A stretch of DNA of 64,000 nucleotides, from contig NC_068991.1 of assembly GCF_001194135.2 (NCBI RefSeq), positions 23,054,184 through 23,118,183 on the forward strand, given 5' to 3'. Below, piece after piece: positions 53,201-64,000 of the stretch (position 1 is its first letter; every line of letters begins with the position of its first letter). This DNA is from Octopus bimaculoides (Eukaryota). The notes under the pieces were generated by a model. It was given only the letters and a program-made list of their open reading frames with translations. It had not been told where the DNA came from and searched no databases. A program made the position numbers and the translations under genes.

Positions 53201-54977
53201 TACAAGTAATGAGATGCTGGCGACTATCTGTCCAAATGATGCCAGTACGAGAAAATGAATATAAAATAATAATGATTGTCATCATCATCTTCATTGCAAT
53301 ATCCACTTCTCCATGTTTGCATGGGTCAGATGGAATTCATTGAGGCAGATGTCTTTCTTATTGCTAACCCATACTTGTTTAAAAGCAGGGTAATTTTTAT
53401 CCCACAACTAGATATGTTTTCATGAAAGATGGGAAACAAGTAACACTGCTTGTATGACAGTGACACTTGCTTACAACTATTCCATAATATCAAGGCAAAG
53501 AGGCACAAACACACATACATACATTCATATATGACAGGATTCTTTCAATCAAATCCACTTGCAAAGCTATGGTTGGCCTAGGGTTATAGTAAAAGACACT
53601 TGCCCAAGGTACCATGCAGCAGGACTGAACCTGAAAGCATATGACTGGGTTCAGTTCCACTACACTTGATTTATACATGTAAAAAGAAAAAATTAACTTG
53701 TGTGCTCAGCTCAATTCTTCTTCAACTGTCATGTACTAAGGGATGGGTGCTACCAAGCAAGCAATGGTATAGACACTACAAAATGAAATCTTCAATTGGT
53801 GCTCCTCTAACAAGCTAAAGGGCATGGAAACATTTACTTCTGTTTACAGTAGTACTGAGTAAATGAGAGAGCAATCTCCTTTTACTCACAATAAGGTTTC
53901 AAATTACCACCTCTTAGATCTGGAGTTCATATCAACTGATGGATGTTTCTGTGTGTGTCAGTTTAGACAATTTTACATGACTCACTTTATATGACTAATG
54001 AAGAGCCACAGAAACTAGACAGAAATGTTATGAAAGAGTCATCTCATCCAGGAGTTGACTAATCTTCAATCTGGTCAATGAATTATGAGATGAACTTGGA
54101 TATATGTATGCTTGTATCCTTTCAAGTGCAAAAAAACAAACAAACTGTAATTTGGTATTTCAAAGTGTCCTTTTAAAACATTGCTTCAAATTTATGTGAA
54201 GATTTTAAGACATATTCTTATGGCTTTTCATGGGTAAAACATTGGACACATTGATAGAGTACTTTTACTTCCCTCTTAGCTAACATTAATTTAACACAAG
54301 TTAACGTAACAGGCTTCCAATGGGGACTGAAACCATATAACATACACGTGTGTTTACTTCTTGCTCTACAATATTTACCACTGTTTTTTAATGGGAATTT
54401 TATGATCATTTTATGAAGTCACTATAAAATACAACTCTCACCTTGCAATAATTGAACAATGAGTAAAAAATAAACACATCAAAGACCATGACTGGATGAA
54501 TACCATTTTGTTATAATGAAGAACTAATAAATCATGGAAGGAAGTTGATTGCAAAGGAAATCAAATTGAGCTTTTTTTGTGCGAGTGTGTTGTCCATATC
54601 TCAATTGGCATATTCCCTATTATCTTCAGATACCCTGTTTCTACATATACACATTTTCTTTGACTGGTTTTGAACTCATTTAAAATCTAGTCAGAAGGTA
54701 TACACATGTGCAGGGGAGGACAATAAGAGAATAGACTATGATGCTAATAACAGATACACAAAATATTTAGTTAAATAGAATGGTAAAGTCCAGCAACAAC
54801 ACACACACATCAGAAGTATACATTCTTATAGTCTTTTACTGTTTTCAGTCTTTGGGCACATCAACTCCAGTACTTATTTCAGTCTGATACTTATTTTATC
54901 AATCTCTATTTATTGAAAGGTTAAATTACTGGTGCATAAGTAATCTTTTTCCTCTTTGTAATTTTTGTAACTTCTTT

Positions 54978-55090
54978 ATTGAAGTGAAAAGGAAAACTCA
55001 ATACAGATGGTATAAAAAAACAAAAAGAAAAACAATTGAAGTGAAAAGGAAAACTCAATACAGATGGTATAAAAAACAAAAAGAAAACAA
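54978..55090. repeat. 2 x ~57-bp tandem duplication in the PIGH 3' UTR region
   Basis: ATTGAAGTGAAAAGGAAAACTCAATACAGATGGTAT... at 54978 and 55035. Confidence 0.9.
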
Positions 55091-55178
55091 TGTCAATGTT
55101 CCTGAGAGATTTACTAGAGTCTTGACTAGATGTTAACAGAGAAGGCAATAGTGGTGATTGATTACTTTCAGATGTTCA

Positions 55179-58100
55179 TTATGCGCCAAGGTTTGGAAAT
55201 TTCGAATGAACAGTTTTACACAATGTTTGAAGGATGCAGAGCTTGGGCCATGAATGCTGTTGCAATAATAAAGAGATCATAAAGTTAGGCTTTAGAAAGC
55301 TGAAACTAATGAAGAGATGAGGCATACTGGTCAAAAAAAATTGTTATCCCCCCTCACCTAGTTCTTTTGGTTGACTTCTATCTTAGCTACCCTCTTTCTA
55401 CTACATACACAAACTAAGGTTTAAAATAAACAATCTAGCTTAGAATTTTACTTAACTTATGTGTATTGTATCTATCCTCCATAACTAACTCAAACATTTT
55501 AATACATTTTACTGGGTTTTGTATTTCAGTTCAAATTCCACCAGAATTATGGTTGTGCCAAAATTAGAAGCAATCTGTTATAGATCGCTTTCTACAAACA
55601 CATTGAAAACAAAGCCATCCAGTATCTACTTGGACCCATTTGCAACTACCAAGAGCCAATTAAGGAAATTTGACATGCTAGAAATAGCACCCAAATCTCC
55701 CTCAGATCATAGCCTTCTATTTTAAAATCATTAGATGATGTGTAATGCAGGGAAACATTCATTCCCATGTACCTGTCCTGTCATTGATATGAAGCTTTTT
55801 ATAGGTTCTATGTAATACTCTTTTGTTAAGATGTGCGACATACTAACATATACACCAAATGATTCAGTACACTAACATATTTTTGTAATATTCTAAATCT
55901 CAGTCAACTCCACACTACATCCCAGTCTTCTCACTCAGTTCTGCATTACATTCAACCATCCTCTCTTACTGCATGCAACTTTCTCAGCCTCAAATTAGAC
56001 TCAATCTAACATTCCTAGCTTTTATTTAACTTTTACATTATACATCCAGCAGAGCAAATTCAGTTTGTTTTATTCATTTTTTTACATAAATATAAAAAAT
56101 CTGATCAAAACTTAATTAAAATCTGTCTTTGATTAGATGCATACTAAAGTTCTTGATTATAATTAGGTACTAACTGACATTGTCTGATGATTAACATCAT
56201 GTCAGTAATGTGTTCATAATGAAGGCAATTTAGTTCACAGTGGCTCATTCCATTCAGCTGTATATAGGTGTTTTCGTGAAGTACAGTTTACTGCCGAAAT
56301 ATGAGAGCTGTATTACTTGATAATTCACATCACTAAACAAGTCCATGGAGGTAAGTATCTCCATGGGCTTGGAGAGGCCAGAAGATCAAAGAGAATCGTT
56401 CCATTTTCTATTGAATCATTATAAAAAGTGACGTCTAAACAACTACTTAATGCTCTAACAGAATACTATGCTATGTATTCTAGTATTAGAATTACCAAAG
56501 GTTAGATTACTTACTGTGAACAGGGGCAGTATGCCACTCCATACCTTGTTTGGCTTCTGAAGTAACAAAGCTAAATAAAAGATGATGTGGTGCTAGAAAA
56601 GAAACCAGTTGAAAATTAAGTAAAACCTACATTAGAGTGAGATCTTGAAACATAGTAACTCACTAGCATTTCTACTTTTACATATTAATTGTGATGATAG
56701 AGGTTGTGGTGATAAATGATACTAATGATAATGCTGGAAAGAAATTTAACCAACCAACCCATCAAGTCTTTTAGATATCAACCCTAACAAGACCACCTCT
56801 GGTTCTATATAAAAAACCTCATGTTTTCAAGCATTCTTTCATACTTAAATTACAACCTTCTACCATAATTTCATATTAAGTTTAATAGTGAAAAAATTAT
56901 TTTACTGTATTCCCCTAAATTCTTGATAATTATAAGAATTAATTGAAACAAATAATGTATGTTAAAAATATGGTCATAAAAGTGTTAACATGACCAGCCA
57001 CATCAAATTTTGGCAAGTTCTTTATGAGAAACGCTTATTTACTCGTCGTTATCATCCTATTGTTACTGGGTTAATATTCTGACTGGCACAAGTTGGACCA
57101 GAGGGTAGTCGCTCATCAACTCTATATGAAATTATGCTGATCACTAACTACAAAATGCCAATGGTATACACTGATGAACAGAATAGGTAATACTGAACAT
57201 AGCTAATGTTTGTGCATGTTCATGTGGAATGATATCCAGCACCAGATAATGTAAATAATGCTAAACTGTGGCAGACAATGTGGAAATGTACTAACAATAT
57301 ATGCACTATTGCCGCCACCACCACCACAAATACGAACCCTTCCAGGTAGCATAATATCATTTGATAACCCTCTTTTCAGGCATCATGTAGTGATATGGCA
57401 TTTCAACACGAAGGAGATGTGGACTCCATAAAACCTCAGCCAAGACAGTTCATCTAGGAGAGTAGCAACTCTGAATTAGAACTGATAGAGTAGCAGGGAC
57501 AGACAACCTACCTTCTGCTGATGGTACAATAAAATGCAGCCAGTCTTTGCAGTAAAATTTTACAAAAAGCAAAACACTATAACATGCACAACAGCAAAGA
57601 TTCACCAGCATAAAAAAAATAATGACAGTGATGACAATAGTATAGGTTAAGGGTTCAATTTCCAGTAGAATTAATGGTATTTTAATATTGTAAGGATGGA
57701 ACATTTCCCCAACAGGATTTGAATTCAGAATCATGAAATTATAAACAAGAATAACGGTACCATAGAATATTCATTACAGCTCTTCATACTTAGCATCAAA
57801 TTTCCAGTTCTCTATCATGCAATAAAACAAAAGAGATATCATCTTGCAACATCCATATTTTCAGATTGCATAAGTAGAGTAGTTCTGCAAATTCAGTCAT
57901 TTACATATGAATTATTGAAGCAAGTTACTTTTACAATTGAACACCATTACAGTGCAATGGTATAATAGCAGAAGCTATGATATTACTTGCTGTTAGGCAG
58001 GCATATGTGGTAAACAGAGTAAGCAATGTGTCTTGTTAATAAGATCAACCACAATAGACAGCTCAATATTTGAATTTCATCTGGATCTAATAAATACAAC

Positions 58101-61100
58101 CATGAAGCAGAGACTGATTCTGGTCAATAGTCAGGCCGTGTTAAAGAAGCAAATAAAATACTCCTGTTAAACAACAATGCCTAATTTCTTAATTGATTCC
58201 TTCTGTTGTAAGCATCAAAGATAGGTTTCCAATATGAGGATAACTTTCTCCCTTCCTTGTTCTAGTCATAGAGGCCCTCAAAGCAGTCATAAGCACTACC
58301 ATTCCTCCTCAAAATGAAGGCATTAAAACAAATTGTAGGCTATAAACTTTAGATTTTTAGGTTGAATTTACACACTGACTTTCTATAAACCCTATCATAC
58401 CTATTGATTTTAAAATTTCTGAAAACAAATGTGCTACATTGAACATAGTGGGAAATGAACTGAACAGGTGATAAAGTTCCATGGCATTCCTGAAGATGTT
58501 GAACCAATGGATTTTTCTCAAATATTAACCACCTGGGCCATTGTCAACTTGAAAAGAGCTGACTGGAACTACTTGATAATAGTAGCAACAATGAACCAAC
58601 AAGAAAGCTTCTATGTAGTTGTTCAACCTACCAGAGTAGCTACTAAATCATGCCCTATCATCTTAAAAAGGAATGACATTGGTCAATGTAATCCTAAATA
58701 CACAATAAGAGAGAATGCTTTTGCTCAATCAAGGCAGGCCTGGGGCTAAACAACACTATAATGACTGCTCTAAGGCTGATATCATGACAGCCTTTGTTGA
58801 AATGAAATGAAACTGTGAAGTATGAAAAGTAATTATGCAAGTAACAGTATATGATTTGCATATAATTTGACAGCCAATAAAACAAAGGAGCTAATTTGCA
58901 GTCACTCAGTCTGATAAAAGTACAGCCAAATCTCCCTCAAATTAGATTCTATTGCCTTGAGAATGAAATGACACAATGTATAACATAGTTCTAAATACAC
59001 AATACCTGAGAGACAGCATAATCATGGAAGGAATACCCTTGGGTATAGCTCTGCTCAGTTAGAAGCAACTTGGGGTTGGAGCTAAACAACAACAATACAA
59101 ATAATGTCAAAAAGAAAAAAACAAGATAAATGTAAAAGAGTCAACATACCATTTTGACCCCTTCAAGAATGACTATATCTTTGATGTGGGTCATGTCAAT
59201 AAATTTGGTGGTGCAATGACCAAACAGGAACTTTGTTTCAATCTGGACACCAATGGCAGTCAGAAACAAGACTGACTCTGTGTGTAGAAAGAAAGAAAAT
59301 AAGAGATAGTTTGTAGTTATCATATTTCATATCATACAGTCAATGTTTATTTGATGGTTCACCATCAATCCTGCATTGTAGAGTAACACTTGAATAATCA
59401 TTTGATATATGTACAAGGTCAGATAATATGGAAGAAGGGGAAGGGAATCTAACTGATTGAGATCAACACCAGTAATTATTTTATGGTCCTTCGAAGAATG
59501 AAAAATAAAGGTGATTACAGTGTAACTACATATTGTAAGTTAATTTGTCTGTCATTTGATTACACTAATATTAATAATAATGATTCCTAACATTAATATG
59601 ATTCTGAGATCAATGTGCTACCCTTTGAGGTTAATGTTATAATAATAATTGTTTCTAATGTAGGCATAAGGCCAGAAATTTGGGTGACGAAGAAAATCAA
59701 ATATATGACTTTGGTACTTTATTTTATTGATGTCTAAGAGATGACTTTGGTACTTTATTTTATTGATATCTAAGAGATTACTTTGGTACTTTATTTTATT
59801 GATATCTGAGAGATGAAAGGAGAAGTTGACCTTGACGGGATTGGAATTCAGAATGATTCTGTTGATTCACCACCACATTGATCTCTAATATAAGCACAAA
59901 TCAAATAGAGACCAAGGAGCACTTGATCACATTGATTCCAGTATTTGACTGGTACTTAATTTTATTGATCATAGAAGGATGCAAAGCAAAGTTGATCTCA
60001 GTAGGATTTGAATGCAGAATGTAAAGAACCTGAACTAAATACTGTTAGATATTTTGTCCAAGAATTCCACCCTAATAATAATTTGTTACATAAACAAAAG
60101 ACCAGAAATTTGTGAGGAAGGTATGGTCAATTATATCAGAGTACTTGACTGCCGCTAATCTTATCAATCACAGAAAGAGGGAATGCAAAATTGACACTGG
60201 TATTATTTGAACTTAAAAAAGAAGAAAATAACTAAATGCAATGATTTCTTATGTTGACACAAGGCCACACATTATAGGAGAGAAGCACAGTTAAATTAAT
60301 CAATTCTAGTACCTTACTAGCACTCAATGCATTTTACTTGACAATTTCTAGCATTGATATAAAGCCATACACATTTAAGGATGATCAAATTCAACCTCAT
60401 AATTAACATCCCCTGAAGAACAAAAGGCAAAGTTATCACCATAATACAAACTATTGTTTCTAACAAAAATAAAAGGCTAGAAATTTGAGAGAAGGAAGGA
60501 AACAGTTGATTATATTGACTCTAGTACATGATTGGTACTTAACATTATTGATGCTAGAGGAACGAGGCAGAGTTCTATGGCTGGATGCCCTTCAAGCAAG
60601 GTAATATTTTCCCATGGCCAGACATGTTTTTGCAGAACATCAGAAATTAAATGACACTTCTTATAAGACAATGACATTCATTTACAACTATCACACAATG
60701 TCAAGACAAGGAGACACAGACATACACATGATGGGCTTCTAAGTTTCTGTCGACCAAATCTACTCACAAGGATTTGGTTGGCCCAAGGCTATAGTAGAAG
60801 ATACTTGTCCAAGGTGCCATGCAATGGAACTGAACCCAAAACCATACGGTTGGGAAACTTTATTTTCATGCTTTATCAATAATGTCTTTCCAATCTCACC
60901 CAAAAATGATTTGGTTTCACTTTCTATTGAAAGCTGATTCACATCAATCATCATCATCATTTAAAGTCAGTCTTCTATACTGGAATGGATTGGTTGATTC
61001 AACAGGATCCAGTGCACTGGAGGACTGTTACATGCTCCAGTGTCTGTTTTGGTTTAGTTTCTACAGCTGGATGCCCTTCCTAATGCCAACCACTTTACAG

Positions 61101-62056
61101 AGGGTACTGTATGCATTTTTCATGGTAATGGCACAAGTGAGGCCACCAAGCAACTCACAAGCCAATGATACATAACCAGCCCATTTAAGAGTACCTTTCA
61201 ATCATTGGATAATAAACTACACTTGTGAAGACCTGTTGAGGCAAGTGAAATCATTGTTGTTGCCAATGACAGTACCACCTGATTGGCACCTGTGCCAGTG
61301 GAACATTAAAAGCACCATTTGAGTATGATCATTGCCAGGGCCAGTGACATGTAAGGAGCACCATTCGAGCATGATCGCTGCCAGCATCGCCTGACTGGCT
61401 CCTGTGCCAGTGGCACATAAAAAAACACCATTCGATTGTGGTCGTTACCAGTGCTGTCGGACTGGCCCTTGTGCCAGTGGCACATACAAGTATCCACTAC
61501 ACTGTTGGAGTGGTTGGAGTTAGGAAGAGAATCTAGCTGTAGAAACTTTGCCAGATCAGATTGGAGCCTGATGCAGCCTTCTGGCTCACCAGCCCTCAGT
61601 CAAACCGTCCAACTCATGCCAGTAAGGAAAGCAGACGTTAAACGATGATGATGATGATGTACCTGACTTGATTTTGCTTCTACTTATATTGTTAATAATC
61701 TTTGAAAAGGCACAAATTTATCAAACCCCATAGCTTATGTATAAAACTTTTATTATACCAATGAATCAAGGACTTAGATTCATAAATTCATTAACATGCT
61801 AGTTAATTACAAAAACATCATGCTAGATATCGCAAATGTTCTTTCTGCTAAGAGAAATATTTAACAGAAGCTCCCCAATTATTCTTCAATGACCTTGTAC
61901 CTGAGGAAAAATAGTAGACATTTAATGCAAGAGAGAGAAATTGAAAATAATTCAGCTAAGAATATTTTACTTTTTACCTGTCAGAACTTTCCGGTATAGT
62001 TTGATAACAAAAACAGCAAGGAGTATAATGAAGAATATGTACAAACTACTGTCATC
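55179..62056 (-). CDS. PIGH: Phosphatidylinositol N-acetylglucosaminyltransferase subunit H (GPI-GnT), 5'-partial, last four exons
   Basis: Exons: 62056-61978 (DDSSLYIFFIILLAVFVIKLYRKVLT, TM-like), 59277-59150 (ESVLFLTAIGVQIETKFLFGHCTTKFIDMTHIKDIVILEGVKM), 56592-56515 (HHIIFYLALLLQKPNKVWSGILPLFT) and 55256-55179 (HSWPKLCILQTLCKTVHSKFPNLGA*). All are GT-AG and in frame, matching the PIG-H motif pattern (LGIQ..KDIVINE..IYYL..PVF..PRL). The start exon was not found in the window. Confidence 0.88.
59706..59813. repeat. 3 x 36-bp tandem repeat within a SINE remnant
   Basis: The unit TGACTTTGGTACTTTATTTTATTGATGTCTAAGAGA starts at 59706, 59742 and 59778. Confidence 0.9.
61260..61660 (+). mobile_element. 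SINE with ~60-bp internal repeats and (GAT)n tail
   Basis: Colinear with 31170-31632. Confidence 0.8.
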
Positions 62057-62119
62057 CTGAAAATAAATAAGATACAATATCAACATACATTAACATATAA
62101 ATATATACACATACATAGC

Positions 62120-63760
62120 CATAACTACATGTATATATCTTGAGGTGGGAACAAGACTCTTGGAGTTCTGTGATACAAATGACCAAATCATCTGCAACAA
62201 TAACTTCAAGAAACCTGCCAGTACCTGATCAATCTGGTGAGCACACAAGCCAGATTGACTACTTTCTCACAAGAAAGCAGGAGGGGCAGATGGTTGTAAA
62301 TGCAAAGTCCTTCTCCCGTGAAGAATGTTCTACTCAACGTAGGTTAGTAGTTAGAACTGGAAGAACTTAGAGACACAAGCCAGTCTGGAAAAGAGATATA
62401 TGGAAGCTTAAAGAGCAATTGAACAGTCAGAGATTTAGAGAAGTCCTAACTGAAGCATCTGATGAGCAGGAGGAAGAGGACCTATAACATACAGGAAAAC
62501 TTACTGAGGGCAGGCAACAGATACCTTAGAGAGGAGTAATTACAGAATATCAAGTTGCTGGATCAGGTCACGAAAGTTACGGAAGGATTCAGATGAGAGT
62601 TAGACTAGATGAGATGCAGTTTGGCTTTATACCAAGAAGTACTACTGATGCCCTCTTTCTAGTAAAGCAGAAGTACTTAGCCAAAAATGAACTGTTGTAT
62701 TTGGCTTTGGTTGACCTAGAGCCTTTTACAAGATACCTTACACTCTAGCCTGATGGTTGCAGTGGAAGCTAAGAGTAGACAAATGGTTGGTAAGAGTCAT
62801 TCAAGCTATGTACTGAGGTGCCGTCAGTATGAGAGTTAGCACTGAGTACAGCAATGAATTTAGTGTACAAGTAGGAGTTCACCAGAACTCAGCTCTCTGT
62901 CCCTTCTTAATTATCACAGTTCTCCTGGTTATAAAAGAGGATTTTAAGACCAGTTGCCCATAGTCTCTTTTGTACTGAGAGCCTTGTTCTTATAGTGAAA
63001 TCTGTAACAAAATTAAGAAAGAAATTGTAGGTGTAGAAGCAAAACCTGGAACCAACAGTCCTTAAAGTTAACTTAGCAAAAACCAAAATTCTTATTTCTT
63101 TATTGCCCACAAGGGGCTAAACACAGAGGGGACAAACAAGGACAGACAAAGGTATTAAGTCGATTACATCGTCTCCAGTGCGTAACTGGTACTTAATTTA
63201 TCGACCCCGAAAGGATGAAAGGCAAAGTCGACCTCGGCGGAATTTGAACTCAGAACGTAACGGCAGACGAAATACCGCTAAGCATTTCGTCTGGCGTGCT
63301 AATGTTTCTGCCAGCTCGCAAAAACCAAAATTCTGGTAAGCAAGAAAACAGGCAGCATGCCTTCAGTAATTGCAGGTTTTAGTTGCTGATATTCAATGAG
63401 AAAGTAGAGTGGTAGGGTGAGTTAAATCTATATATGCATAGACACCACCTTTCAGAGTGAAGTTTAACCGGTTTAACCGGTTACTCCCAAACTTATTGAT
63501 AGCATAAATGGAGGAAGATTTCTGTATCAGAGAAGTAGATGTGTGGTTTGTGTACTAGGTTGTATCAGAGTCATGGATAGTGGAGAAAAAGAAAGAGAAC
63601 TGTCTTGTCATCTAGAATTATTTTTTGCCATGACAGGAAGCATAGAGAGTGCCAGCGTATCGTGAATTCACATTAACCTCAGTTGAAAGCCTGGTCTGAA
63701 TGCTTGCAAATGACTGAACTTTGCTAAAGGCATCCAAGGGCCAAGTGGGTATAGTAAACC
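62120..63760 (+). mobile_element. Degenerate RTE LINE in the PIGH 5' intron
   Basis: SQIDYFLTRK..VVNAKSFSREECSTQRRLVV (APE C-terminus), followed by RT remnants (MQFGF, ALVDLE, VGVHQ). Confidence 0.75.
63093..63319 (-). mobile_element. Young SINE insertion with target-site duplication inside a LINE
   Basis: GCAAAAACCAAAATTCT occurs at both 63076-63092 and 63318-63334. CpGs are intact. Confidence 0.9.
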
Positions 63761-64000
63761 AGACAGTATGATGCAGCTACCAACAGGGATATATAAAAAT
63801 TAAAAAAAAGGAACCTGCTGTGCTAAATGCAACTTCGTTGGTTCATAAGTCTGAAACATGATGTGTATGTGGTAAATAGGAGTAAAAACCTAGACCTAAC
63901 ATTATTTTCATAAATTGTTTGATTGAAAATATTCCATACTTATTAGTAGATGCAAAATAATAAATAATAGCTAATGACTAAACATTTCGAATATATACCA

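Noticed and set aside
56349-56358. ATACTTACCT on the minus strand as a U1 snRNA gene
   Set aside because: Similarity stops after 10 nt, with no U1 stem-loops or Sm site. It is kept only as a structural-mimic finding.
57380-57457. + strand acceptor followed by ASCSDMAFQHEGDVDSIKPQPRQFI*
   Set aside because: Isolated, short, with no compatible upstream coding exon. A chance match cannot be excluded.
58468-58749. 93-aa ORF preceded by a CAG
   Set aside because: Poor polypyrimidine tract, a 3' half that runs into a SINE-like tail, antisense within a PIGH intron, and no recognisable homology.
59706-59813. 36-bp repeats resembling a CRISPR array
   Set aside because: The units are directly adjacent with no spacers, they derive from a SINE remnant, and the context is eukaryotic with no cas genes.

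Overview
AT-rich animal genomic DNA with assembly gaps. The SINE families, RTE LINE debris and (AT)n/(GT)n microsatellites look like an octopus genome; this is recognition from memory, not a database result. Four conserved spliced genes can be rebuilt exon by exon with in-frame GT-AG junctions: WDR92/DNAAF10 (+, 8 exons, 355 aa), MED6 (-, 8 exons, 234 aa), ERH (+, 102 aa, ATG-only first exon placed tentatively) and PIGH (-, last 4 exons; its 5' exon was not found and is probably beyond the window). A possible 5' end of an unidentified minus-strand gene lies at about 4.2-5.7 kb. The rest is tRNA-derived SINEs, RTE LINE fragments, two deleted mariners with intact TIR/TA ends, TTAA-flanked MITEs, Gypsy remnants and foldback elements. 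I see no clearly new multi-gene system. The best leads are the gene-cluster synteny, a shared MED6/ERH promoter, long intronic hairpins, and a U1-mimic stem-loop in a PIGH intron. All coordinates were read by eye and repeat boundaries are approximate.
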